A stretch of 39,528 nucleotides of DNA, taken from an uncultured Desulfovibrionaceae bacterium (lineage in GTDB: Bacteria; Desulfobacterota; Desulfovibrionia; Desulfovibrionales; Desulfovibrionaceae). The translations under genes were made by a program, and so were the position numbers. Numbering within the stretch: the first letter of the stretch is position 1; every line of letters begins with the position of its first letter. The DNA lies in assembly GCA_964371955.1 (NCBI GenBank), contig CAYJPB010000005.1, positions 1 through 39,528 of the forward strand, given 5' to 3'. This document shows, piece by piece, positions 18,019 to 26,887 of this stretch. Below the pieces are notes generated by a model. It searched no databases. It was not told the DNA's origin and saw only the letters and a list, made by a program, of their open reading frames with translations.

Positions 18019-19275
18019 CTATATATTTTGTAGATAAGTAAGAAGAAAATCTTGACGGATAATTTCTTGTTCACCATTCGTCATATTCTTTACAACTATT
18101 GTTTCATCTTTTATCTCGTTACCACCGAGGATAAGGGCAAGCTGTGCCCCCGATTTATCTGCTTGGCGCATAAGCGATTTCATGCTACGCTCCCCAAAAG
18201 CGTATTCTCCGCGAAAACCTTCGCTACGCAACTCTTGAGCGAGTAAAAAGCCTGTGTTTTTAGCTTCTTTATCAACGACGGCAAGGTAGAAGGTTGGCTT
18301 TTGTTCTTTGGGGGGAGTTGCGAGCATAGAAAGGCGTTCCATACCGCATGCAAAGCCAATTCCTGAAACATCACCTCCGCCGATTTGCTTGACTAAACCG
18401 TCGTATCTTCCGCCGCCTGCTATAGAAGATTGCGAACCGATTCCCGTTGAAACAGCTTCAAAAGTAGTGCGGATATAGTAGTCCAAGCCACGCACAAGCT
18501 TCGGATTGATTTCATAGTCTACGCCGCTCATATCGAGCATTTGAATTACAGAGGAAAAGTGTGAAGAACATTCGGTACAGTGAAAGTCTGAAATTTTTGG
18601 AGCTGCGTTTACATATTCAATACATTTTGCAACCTTACAGTCAAGCACGCGCAAGGGGTTTGTGTGTATTCTTCTTTTGCAATCTTCGCAAAGGGCTTCA
18701 CTGTCAAGCTCAAGCAAATATTTTGTGAGCGCTTCTTTATATAAAGGACGACACTCATGGCAACCCAGCGAATTTACATGCATAACAAAATTTTCAATGC
18801 CTAAATTTTTCAAGAAAAGGCTGAGCATGTAAACGATTTCTGCATCGTTTTCCGGTTCAGGCGACCCAAGACATTCACAATTGATTTGATGAAATTGCCT
18901 CATTCTGCCTTTTTGTGGTCTTTCATAGCGGAACATCGGTCCTGTTGTGAAGAATTTATATACGCTTCCTTGGCTGTACATCTTGCTTTCCACAAATGCA
19001 CGCATCACTCCTGCGGTTGCTTCGGGGCGCAATGTAACGCTTCTGTCGCCTTTATCTGTGAAGGTGTACATTTCCTTGCCGACAATATCTGTTTCTTCAC
19101 CGATTGAGCGTGCAAAAAGCTCTGTCGATTCCAAAATCGGCGTGCGTAATTCGCTATAAGAAAATAATGAAAATAAAGAACGAGCAGTATTTTCAATATG
19201 TGTAAACATATCCGCATCTTTACCGAACATGTCGGCAAAGCCTTTTAATCCTTGTATATGTGCCATAAAATTCAC
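18019..19275 (-). CDS. hisS: Histidyl-tRNA synthetase
   Basis: 418 aa. It has …LRPEATAGVMRAF…, …FRYERPQKGRMRQFHQ…, …AGGGRYDGL… and …GFACGMERL…. Confidence 0.93.
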   Translation of the reverse strand: MNFMAHIQGLKGFADMFGKDADMFTHIENTARSLFSLFSYSELRTPILESTELFARSIGEETDIVGKEMYTFTDKGDRSVTLRPEATAGVMRAFVESKMYSQGSVYKFFTTGPMFRYERPQKGRMRQFHQINCECLGSPEPENDAEIVYMLSLFLKNLGIENFVMHVNSLGCHECRPLYKEALTKYLLELDSEALCEDCKRRIHTNPLRVLDCKVAKCIEYVNAAPKISDFHCTECSSHFSSVIQMLDMSGVDYEINPKLVRGLDYYIRTTFEAVSTGIGSQSSIAGGGRYDGLVKQIGGGDVSGIGFACGMERLSMLATPPKEQKPTFYLAVVDKEAKNTGFLLAQELRSEGFRGEYAFGERSMKSLMRQADKSGAQLALILGGNEIKDETIVVKNMTNGEQEIIRQDFLLTYLQNI

Positions 19276-19407
19276 CTAAAAAATTTCAATAAATAACTTG
19301 CTCTTATATCCTTTTTCTTTATGCTTGTCAAATGAGATTGCTTATTGTTTATATATTGTTATTTCAGTGTGTTATATGTTGTTTTGCAAAGATAACTTTG
19401 TTTTTTA

Positions 19408-19440
19408 AACAAAAAAGGCACATTTACGTTCGTGCCTTTA
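19408..19440 (-). terminator. Rho-independent terminator after the small lipoprotein gene
   Basis: The minus-strand reading is AAAGGCAC-gaacgtaaat-GTGCCTTT followed by TTTGTTT. Confidence 0.65.
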
Positions 19441-19462
19441 AAATTTAAATTGTATCCATGAA

Positions 19463-19846
19463 CTACAAGGAGACGCAGCCATTTCCTCTAAAACTGTAGT
19501 CTACAACATAACCACCACGAATAACAAAATTTGTCATACAATCAGAATGATAGGTACTTGGAGGTGTTCCGCCGGTTGTTCTGGTATACACTTCGCCGTC
19601 TATAACTTCAGTCACCGTACTGGCAGGAGTGCCGGGATTGTGGTAGGTTTCGCGTACGTTATAGGTAAAAATTCTTTCTCTGTCTGAAACTTTATAGACA
19701 TTATCCGGCGTTCCCCAGCGTAAAACTAGGTCGCGTTCGGTCATTTGCAGATACGACGCCATTTGCGCATCGTATTTTTCAGCCGTTGCGCACCCTGCAA
19801 GAGAAATCATCAGCACTAAAAGCGTACATAAATTAAATATTTTCAT
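19463..19846 (-). CDS. Small lipoprotein (127 aa), possibly SmpA/OmlA (BamE)-like
   Basis: AAGGAG RBS before ATG 19846; the track start 19882 is less likely. Lipobox ISLAGC. The segment …MTERDLVLRWGTPDNVYKV… is reminiscent of the BamE fold signature, but the family call is weak. Confidence 0.55.
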   Translation of the reverse strand: MKIFNLCTLLVLMISLAGCATAEKYDAQMASYLQMTERDLVLRWGTPDNVYKVSDRERIFTYNVRETYHNPGTPASTVTEVIDGEVYTRTTGGTPPSTYHSDCMTNFVIRGGYVVDYSFRGNGCVSL

Positions 19847-19929
19847 AGGATATCTCCTTATTTTCACAAATAAGTATAGCAATAAGAGTTAAATGTCAAA
19901 CATGAATTTTTTATTATTCACTCATATTT

Positions 19930-22023
19930 TTATGCATCGTCTCTACGCGGAATGAAGTATTTTGCAAATTTGCCTTTGCCTTTTGCTTTTACATAGAAAA
20001 ATCCAATAATACTGAATATAAGTGCACCAATAAAGTTCACAAAAAGATCTGCCATCGTGTCAATAAGACCTATGTCAAGATACCCGTTTATGGGCAACAC
20101 TTCTCCGTTAATCGTTACTTGAGAAATATTGTTTATCAGTACGGGTATATTTTCATTATTAGTGTTTAACATAACGGAATTTATGGAATAAATAATTGTA
20201 TCTTTTTGCATGTCTGTTCCCAAGAACATGTCTGCACCGTATTCAAAAAATTCCCATAAAACGCCGACAGTCATCGAAAAGCAAAACGCCGCAATGGCAA
20301 CATACATAGGCGAAAGATTTATGCTTCTTCGGTTTGAGCTGTTGAGTAAATCTATAATGCCAATCCCGATTGCCGCACAGAGAAAACCGTTTATTGTATG
20401 CAAATACATATCCCAATTTTCAAATTTGATATAATAAGCGTTGATTTCACCCAAGATTTCAGCGGCAAATATGAAGAGCATTACAATGATTTCAAGAACG
20501 GCAGGCAGTCTAAATTTTAATTTCTTTTCTAAAAAAGCCGGCATGAGCAGGAGGATTATTGTCAAAAAGCAGATGAAAACACTTTCGTATTCTCCACGAA
20601 AAATTGCGCGCACCATTGTCAGAACAATAAAGGCTTGAAGAATGAGATATACAATAAAAGCGGGCTTGTCTTTCTTTATTTGATTGTTGAGATCCGTGAA
20701 AACATTAGGTTTCATAGTTAATTTCCCAATAAGTGCGTGAGCAAAGTCGTGAGCGTCAAAGGGGCGTAAATCTTCAAGTTTTTCACCAAGTCCGATATAG
20801 GTGATGGGGGCATTAAATTGGCTTGCAATGGCAAGAGCAACACCGCCTTTTGCTGTGCCGTCAAGTTTTGTGAGGATGATTTCTGAAACGTGGGCAGATT
20901 GTGAAAAAAGTTTTGTTTGTTGTAAGGCGTTTTGTCCTGTGGTTGCATCAATAATAAGTATGGTTCTATGTGGAGCGCTTTCGTGTTTCTTGCTGATAAC
21001 ATTACGGATTTTTGTTAATTCATCCATTAAATTTGTTTTTGTGTGCAGTCTTCCCGCTGTGTCGATATAGACAGTATCATACACACCTTCAAGGGCTTTA
21101 TACATCGCCTCAAACGCAACGGCGGCAGGGTCTGAGCCATGTACTTTTGCGTAGAAATCTACGCCAATACGCTGAGTCCACACTTCCAACTGTTCGATAG
21201 CTGCGGCTCTAAAGGTATCGGCAGCAACGATAAGCACTTTTTTTCCTTGCATTTTTGAGCGATAGGCGAGTTTTGCGACAGTAGTTGTTTTGCCCACACC
21301 GTTTACGCCCACCATTAAAATGACTTCCGGCGGATTCACAGCTTCAATACGCTTAGGCACGGCAAAAAGTTTTTCCACTTCTTCGGCAAAGTGTGGCAAA
21401 AGTTCTTGCGGAGTGGTGATATTTTTTGTGGCGGCGGCTTTTTTCATAACATTTGCAAGGGCTTGTGCCGATTCAAAGCCCATGTCAGACATTATAAATA
21501 ATTCCTCAAGTTCTTCCCAAAAAGCTGAGTCTAGTTCTGTGTGTTGAGAAAATAAGACATTAATGCCTGTAAGAAGCTGTTCTCTTGTTTTAGTAAGCGA
21601 AGTGTTGAGTTTTAATATAAGGCGGTTTTTCTCGTCTTCTTCGTCTTCTAATTCAAGCGCAAGAGAAAGTCTGTATTGCAATTCTGAACGAAATTCGTCC
21701 AAAAAGCGATAGTCCATTTTTGAAAGCCACGCATTGAAATCCACAATAAATTTTTCAGATTCAGCTTCTTCGATTCCCAATGATTTCAAGAGAAAAGCAA
21801 TTCTTTTGTCTAACAATTCGCCTTTTTCTTCAACATGTTGAAGAATGATGTTGAGCCAATCAGAAAGTTTTTGGTTGCTTGTCCTCAGTGCAACAAGCAA
21901 TTCTTCATCGGAAATATCTTCTGCAATTTCAAGTATATCTCTTTGATTTTGTTGTAATTCTTCGTGTGTATTTTCATCAGCTCCCGAGCCGAACAAGTTT
22001 TTTATCTTTGAAAAAAATCCCAT
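19930..22023 (-). CDS. ftsY: SRP receptor FtsY fused in frame to a C-terminal polytopic membrane domain of unknown function
   Basis: 697 aa. An acidic A-domain is followed by an NG domain with GVNGVGKTTTVAKLA, DTAGRLH and TKLDGTAKGG. The normal FtsY C-terminus …FDAHDFAHALIGK is followed without a stop by LT-MKPNVF… and about 6 hydrophobic helices. Confidence 0.85.
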   Translation of the reverse strand: MGFFSKIKNLFGSGADENTHEELQQNQRDILEIAEDISDEELLVALRTSNQKLSDWLNIILQHVEEKGELLDKRIAFLLKSLGIEEAESEKFIVDFNAWLSKMDYRFLDEFRSELQYRLSLALELEDEEDEKNRLILKLNTSLTKTREQLLTGINVLFSQHTELDSAFWEELEELFIMSDMGFESAQALANVMKKAAATKNITTPQELLPHFAEEVEKLFAVPKRIEAVNPPEVILMVGVNGVGKTTTVAKLAYRSKMQGKKVLIVAADTFRAAAIEQLEVWTQRIGVDFYAKVHGSDPAAVAFEAMYKALEGVYDTVYIDTAGRLHTKTNLMDELTKIRNVISKKHESAPHRTILIIDATTGQNALQQTKLFSQSAHVSEIILTKLDGTAKGGVALAIASQFNAPITYIGLGEKLEDLRPFDAHDFAHALIGKLTMKPNVFTDLNNQIKKDKPAFIVYLILQAFIVLTMVRAIFRGEYESVFICFLTIILLLMPAFLEKKLKFRLPAVLEIIVMLFIFAAEILGEINAYYIKFENWDMYLHTINGFLCAAIGIGIIDLLNSSNRRSINLSPMYVAIAAFCFSMTVGVLWEFFEYGADMFLGTDMQKDTIIYSINSVMLNTNNENIPVLINNISQVTINGEVLPINGYLDIGLIDTMADLFVNFIGALIFSIIGFFYVKAKGKGKFAKYFIPRRDDA

Positions 22024-22159
22024 TACGTATCCTCAATAATTTTTTTTCAAATGTAAAGTACATATGGGCATTTGTCAAATTTTTCAAAAATATAATAAAA
22101 CTTGAACATTTGCATTTAAGGAATGTAAGGCAAAAAATTTATTCTTCCGCAAAAAAAAC

Positions 22160-22188
22160 TTGCAATTTATACTATAAATTCTTATAGT
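22160..22188 (+). promoter_or_regulatory. Candidate sigma-70 promoter for mgtE
   Basis: TTGCAA (22160-22165), exact 17-nt spacer, TATAGT (22183-22188). A strong AAGGAGGAG RBS precedes ATG 22227. Confidence 0.5.
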
Positions 22189-22226
22189 GAATCCGCATTT
22201 GAGCAAGCCGCAAAAGGAGGAGTTAT

Positions 22227-23588
22227 ATGAAAGACGAATACGATGAGAACTCGAATTTCAACCTTCAAGCGGAGGAAAAAAATTTACAAGAAGCGCTGAC
22301 AAAAGAGCAAATTCTTGCAGACAATGACTCTATGCACCCTGTGGATGTTGCAGAACATATTGAACAGCTTTCTTTTAGCGATCAGCTCCATGTTTTCTCT
22401 ACAATGTCACCTGATGATGCGGCAGATGCGCTCGCAGAACTTGATGAAGAGCATGCCGGTGATGTGCTTGAATCTCTCTCCGTCAGTGATGCGGCAGCTA
22501 TCTTGTATGAAATGTCGCCGGATGATGCGGTGGACGTACTCGATGAAATGGAAGAAGAACAGCGGGATTCCATTCTTGATTTTCTTCCCCATGACGATGC
22601 CGAAGAGTTACGCAGTCTTTTGACATTCGATCCTGAAACCGCCGCCGGTATCATGAATACAGAAATGCTGCTTTTGCCTTATAATTCCACGCCGGACGAT
22701 ATTATTGCGCAAATTCGCTCTGCAATTGATGATATTGAAAATATTTACTATGTTTACCTTGTCGACGATGGAGATATCTTGTGTAATGTCTTCACAATGC
22801 GAGATTTAATGCGTTTGCCCCATGAAATATTGGTGCATGAATACCTTGGGCAGCAAGATATAATCAGTGTTCCTTACGATATGGACAGAAAAGATGTGGG
22901 TATGCTTTTTGCAAAATATAACTTCTTTTCCTTGCCTGTTGTCGATCGTGAAGGGCGCGTTTTAGGCATTATCACTCACGATGATGTGATTGATATTATT
23001 CAAGATGAAGCAAGTGCCGACATGCTCGGTATGGTGGGCGCGGGACAGGACGAGGATATCGACACATTTTGGTTCGATTCCGTAAAAATGCGCTTACCAT
23101 GGCTTCTTATAAATCTGCTCAATTCTTCACTTTCTGCGTTTGTCGTCTACCTTTTTGACGGCACAATTTCGCAAATGGCTATTCTTGCCGTGCTTATGCC
23201 GATAATTGCAAATCAATCCGGTAATACGGGCCAACAAGCGCTTGCAGTAATGATTCGTCAACTCGCGGTTGAAACGTTCAGCACAAAAAGAATGTTAAAA
23301 GCTGTCTTGCGCGAAACAAAAATCGGTATAGCCGTGAGTTTTTTGTTCGCTATTGTGGTTTTTTTGGGTGTAGGACTACTGTTTCAACATTTTGATTTAG
23401 GTTTGGTGATGGCGTTTGCACTTATTATTGATATGATTTTAGGGGCAACTTTCGGCGCATCAATACCGCTTATTCTCAGGGCTTTGGGCAGAGATCCCGC
23501 TCAAGCTTCAAGCATTTTTCTCACCGCAGTAACCGATTGCATGGGCTTTTTTGTTTTCTTGGGCTTGGCTACACTGTTTTTATTATAG
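22227..23588 (+). CDS. mgtE: Magnesium transporter MgtE
   Basis: 453 aa. It has an acidic MgtE_N region (…DAADALAELD…, …DAVDVLDEM…), tandem CBS domains and a C-terminal TM domain with …IANQSGNTGQQA…. Confidence 0.9.
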   Translation: MKDEYDENSNFNLQAEEKNLQEALTKEQILADNDSMHPVDVAEHIEQLSFSDQLHVFSTMSPDDAADALAELDEEHAGDVLESLSVSDAAAILYEMSPDDAVDVLDEMEEEQRDSILDFLPHDDAEELRSLLTFDPETAAGIMNTEMLLLPYNSTPDDIIAQIRSAIDDIENIYYVYLVDDGDILCNVFTMRDLMRLPHEILVHEYLGQQDIISVPYDMDRKDVGMLFAKYNFFSLPVVDREGRVLGIITHDDVIDIIQDEASADMLGMVGAGQDEDIDTFWFDSVKMRLPWLLINLLNSSLSAFVVYLFDGTISQMAILAVLMPIIANQSGNTGQQALAVMIRQLAVETFSTKRMLKAVLRETKIGIAVSFLFAIVVFLGVGLLFQHFDLGLVMAFALIIDMILGATFGASIPLILRALGRDPAQASSIFLTAVTDCMGFFVFLGLATLFLL

Positions 23589-23627
23589 ATTATTACAAAA
23601 AACCTCTGCACTACATAGGTTTGCGGT

Positions 23628-23813
23628 CACCTCATTCCGATTTATAGCTATAATATGGATTTGAGATGATGGCGACAAAAATAGTATTCGCCTCCGGCGG
23701 GGGCAAAGGGGGTAACCCCCTTTGCAAACCCTAGAATTTCTATATTTCTGAATATCTTGTAATGTATTGGCATTACTAAGGTTTTCTAGGGATTAGCTAT
23801 AGTTGTGATTCAC
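23628..23813 (-). mobile_element. MITE-like element, family A copy in inverted orientation (degenerate ends)
   Basis: CACCTCATTCCGATTTATAGCTAT (23628-23651) matches the family TIR at 19/24 positions. The reverse complement of 23652-23702 aligns with the …GCCGGAGGCGAAT…GTC(A/G)(A/C)CATCATCT(T/C)AAAT… module of the 30.4-kb copy. Palindrome GCAAAGGGGGTAACCCCCTTTGC at 23703-23725. The distal end TTAGCTATAGTTGTGATTCACAC (~23791-23813) is only weakly TIR-like. Confidence 0.5.
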
Positions 23814-23863
23814 ACAGTTTGCAATGCAGAAGTTTCAAATATTAAAACACATTCACAAATGTA

Positions 23864-26539
23864 CTATATATTGTTAATAATCTCTTTTAATCCTTCAATT
23901 GCTTTATCAAGCCCTGCGGCATCTGTACCGCCTGCTTGCGCTTGATCGGGGCGACCGCCACCTGAGCCATTAATATGCGTTGCAATTTGCTTGATGATGT
24001 CAGGTGCTGTAATTTTGCTGTGTAAGTCTTTGGATACATAAACAATAAGCTGTGGTTTTCCGTCTGCAACGCTTGATACGCATGCGATACCGCTTTGCAA
24101 TTTAGATTTTACATTGTCCATCATTTCGCGCAAAAGCTTTACAGGAATGTCTTGCATTTTTTGAATGACTACGGGTATGTCGTTAATCATCATTTTTTCG
24201 ACATTGTCTTGTCCCGATGCGTTTGAACCGCCTGAAATTTTTGCTTTTTCCAAGTCTTTTTTAAGGTTTTTCACTTCACTTTGTAATGCTTGGATACGTG
24301 GAAGAACTTCACTTGATTTTATCTTAAGCGATTGAGATATTGCAGAAAGTTCTGCTCTTTCGTTTTGGATAAAGTTCAAGGCATTATAGCCAGTGAGTGC
24401 TTCAATTCGGCGGATACCCGCAGCAATGCCAGATTCTGCAACAATTAAAAATGAACCGATTTGCCCTGTAGCTTTTAAATGTGTTCCGCCGCAAAGTTCA
24501 ACGCTGTCTTTTTCGCCTATATTCACCACACGTACCTTATCGCCGTATTTTTCTCCAAAAAGTGCAATTGCGCCAAAATTTACAGCTTCTTTGTGTGACA
24601 TTTCAGTAGTTTCGATTGCCCCATTTGCGAGCACAAGGCGGTTTACTTCAAGCTCAACAGCCCTCAGTTCTTCTTGCGTGACTTGAGTTATGTGCGTGAA
24701 ATCAAAGCGCAATCTCTCAGTTGTAACAAGTGAACCTTTTTGTTGAACGTGCGTACCGAGAACAGAGCGTAAGGCTGTATGCAAAAGGTGTGTTGCTGTA
24801 TGATTTCGTGCTGTTGCAATACGAACACTTTCGGTTACTGTCATCGAAACTTCTTGATCCGCGTACAATATTCCTTCAACTACTTCAATTATATGAATAA
24901 AGCAATTGGGAAGCGGTTTTTGTGTATCGTCAACTTTTGCTGAACCCAAAGGTGTAGAAATAATGCCTTGATCGCCTATTTGCCCACCGGATTCTCCATA
25001 AAATGGTGTCTGATTTGTGAGGAGATAGCCTTTTTCGCCTTGCTCCAGTTTTTCAATGGTAATACCGTCGGCATCAAGCAGAGCAATGATTCGGGCTTTT
25101 GCCTCTAAGCAATCGTAGCCGATAAATGAGGTTTCAAGTCCATCATCTACAAGTTTTTTGAAAATTTCGTTTGTGTCCAGTGTGCCGGAGCCTAAAAGGC
25201 CTTTACCTTTTTGTGCATTGCGTGAACGAGTTTTTTGCTCAAGCATGCATTGCTCGTATTCTTCGGAATTGACGGAAAATCCGCGTTTTCTTGCAATATC
25301 ATCAACAATATCAAGTGGAAACCCATAAGTATCGTACAAGGTAAATGCAGTTTGTCCACTAATGGAATTTTTGCTCTCGCTGTTGAGTTTTTCAAACTCT
25401 TCGTCAAGCATTACAAGCCCTTGATTAAGAGTTTTTGCAAAGCGTTCTTCTTCTTCTTTCACAACTCTTGAAATAAATTCGAGGGAGTTAGGAAGTTCAG
25501 GATAATCTTCACCCATAACTTCGCAAACTTTTTCGGCAACTTTATAAAGAAAAGCCTCGTTTACTCCCATAAGAGTTGCAAAACGCAGTGCACGGCGCAA
25601 TAGGCGACGAAGCACGTATGAGCGCCCCTCATTTCCCGGTAAAACGCCGTCGGCAATCAAGAAAGCGGCTGAGCGAGAATGGTCGGCAATAACGCGTAAA
25701 GCTGTATCGACATCATTCGTGTCTGGGTCGCTGAAACTATACGTGACGTTCGCTGTTTGTGCGGCAAATTGAATAATATCTTGGAAAAGATCACAGTCAA
25801 AATTCGAGCGTTTTCCTTGAGAAACAGCCGCCATGCGCTCTAAGCCCATGCCCGTATCAATAGAAGGTTTCGGCAGTTTTTCCCTACCGTCTTTTGTTTG
25901 GTTGAACTGCATAAAAACAAGATTCCAGATTTCCAAAAATCTGTCGCAATCGCAAGAGCCGATGCCACAATCGGGACCGCATTTCATGTCTTCGCCTTGA
26001 TCTACAAAGATTTCAGAACAAGGACCGCAAGGACCGGTATCACCCATTGCCCAGAAATTATCTTTTGCGCCAATGCGGAAAATTCTGTCTTTTTCAATTT
26101 TTGCCACTTTTTCCCACAATTGTGCTGCTTCGTCATCTTCTGTGAAAACAGTAACATAGAGTATTTCTTTTGGAAGTTCTAAAACTTCTGTGATAAATTC
26201 CCATGCAAATTTTATTGCATCTTCTTTAAAATAATCACCGAAAGAAAAATTGCCGAGCATTTCAAAGAAAGTGTGGTGACGAGCTGTTCTGCCAACATTT
26301 TCTAAGTCATTATGTTTTCCGCTTACACGCAAACATTTTTGGCTTGTTGTTGCTCTGATATAATCACGAATTTCTTCACCCTGAAAGATTTTTTTAAAGG
26401 GTACCATACCGGCATTTGTAAAGAGCAGAGTAGCGTCATCACGCGGAATTAGTGGAGCTGATTCCACAATTGTATGCCCTTTTTGTTCAAAATATTTTAA
26501 AAATAATGTACGTATCTCTTTTGCTGAATAACTTTTCAT
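23864..26539 (-). CDS. alaS: Alanyl-tRNA synthetase
   Basis: 891 aa. It has the typical N-terminus …FLKYFEQKGHTIVESAPLIP…LLFTNAGMVPFK…, the editing-domain HTATHLLH motif and a C-terminal DHHA1-like GGG…AQAGG. Confidence 0.95.
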   Translation of the reverse strand: MKSYSAKEIRTLFLKYFEQKGHTIVESAPLIPRDDATLLFTNAGMVPFKKIFQGEEIRDYIRATTSQKCLRVSGKHNDLENVGRTARHHTFFEMLGNFSFGDYFKEDAIKFAWEFITEVLELPKEILYVTVFTEDDEAAQLWEKVAKIEKDRIFRIGAKDNFWAMGDTGPCGPCSEIFVDQGEDMKCGPDCGIGSCDCDRFLEIWNLVFMQFNQTKDGREKLPKPSIDTGMGLERMAAVSQGKRSNFDCDLFQDIIQFAAQTANVTYSFSDPDTNDVDTALRVIADHSRSAAFLIADGVLPGNEGRSYVLRRLLRRALRFATLMGVNEAFLYKVAEKVCEVMGEDYPELPNSLEFISRVVKEEEERFAKTLNQGLVMLDEEFEKLNSESKNSISGQTAFTLYDTYGFPLDIVDDIARKRGFSVNSEEYEQCMLEQKTRSRNAQKGKGLLGSGTLDTNEIFKKLVDDGLETSFIGYDCLEAKARIIALLDADGITIEKLEQGEKGYLLTNQTPFYGESGGQIGDQGIISTPLGSAKVDDTQKPLPNCFIHIIEVVEGILYADQEVSMTVTESVRIATARNHTATHLLHTALRSVLGTHVQQKGSLVTTERLRFDFTHITQVTQEELRAVELEVNRLVLANGAIETTEMSHKEAVNFGAIALFGEKYGDKVRVVNIGEKDSVELCGGTHLKATGQIGSFLIVAESGIAAGIRRIEALTGYNALNFIQNERAELSAISQSLKIKSSEVLPRIQALQSEVKNLKKDLEKAKISGGSNASGQDNVEKMMINDIPVVIQKMQDIPVKLLREMMDNVKSKLQSGIACVSSVADGKPQLIVYVSKDLHSKITAPDIIKQIATHINGSGGGRPDQAQAGGTDAAGLDKAIEGLKEIINNI

Positions 26540-26639
26540 AACTTTCCCAAATAAAAATATAGTGCGCTAAAATTTGTGAAACAATAAGGAAATTTTCCTA
26601 AACGGTCAACTTAAATTATAGGGGCAAAAAATTCAATGC

Positions 26640-26777
26640 CACGGCAATCCGCTTTATAGCCTAATATAAAGGCAATCTATGGAAAAGGATATTCTTTTGT
26701 ATTGATATAATGCAAATGTTCCCTGTAACATATTGTAAAAATACTATGAGTTTTAGGGCTACGTAATTAGATTCACG
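26640..26777 (+). mobile_element. Short family-A-related MITE-like element or solo TIR
   Basis: CACGGCAATCCGCTTTATAGCC (26640-26661) matches the family left TIR at 21/22 positions. A weak right-end match GGGCTACGTAATTAGATTCACG lies at ~26755-26777. The internal palindrome module is absent. Confidence 0.4.
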
Positions 26778-26887
26778 CAACGATAATTTTCCAGAGTGCA
26801 TTTTATGCTTGCTAATCGGCTTCATCTATAATATCGTAACAGTAAAGTTTCGTAAGAAGTGAAGATATATAAAAAAGGAGCTTACTC

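Noticed and set aside
19276-19407. Possible T-box leader upstream of hisS (and likewise upstream of alaS at 26540-26640)
   Set aside because: The leaders are only ~100-130 nt. I saw no T-box sequence (AANNNGGGTGGTACCGCG-like) or terminator/antiterminator pair.
22024-22226. Possible M-box (Mg2+) riboswitch upstream of mgtE
   Set aside because: The good sigma-70 promoter at 22160-22188 leaves only a ~30-nt leader, far too short for the ~160-nt M-box. No conserved M-box helices were seen.
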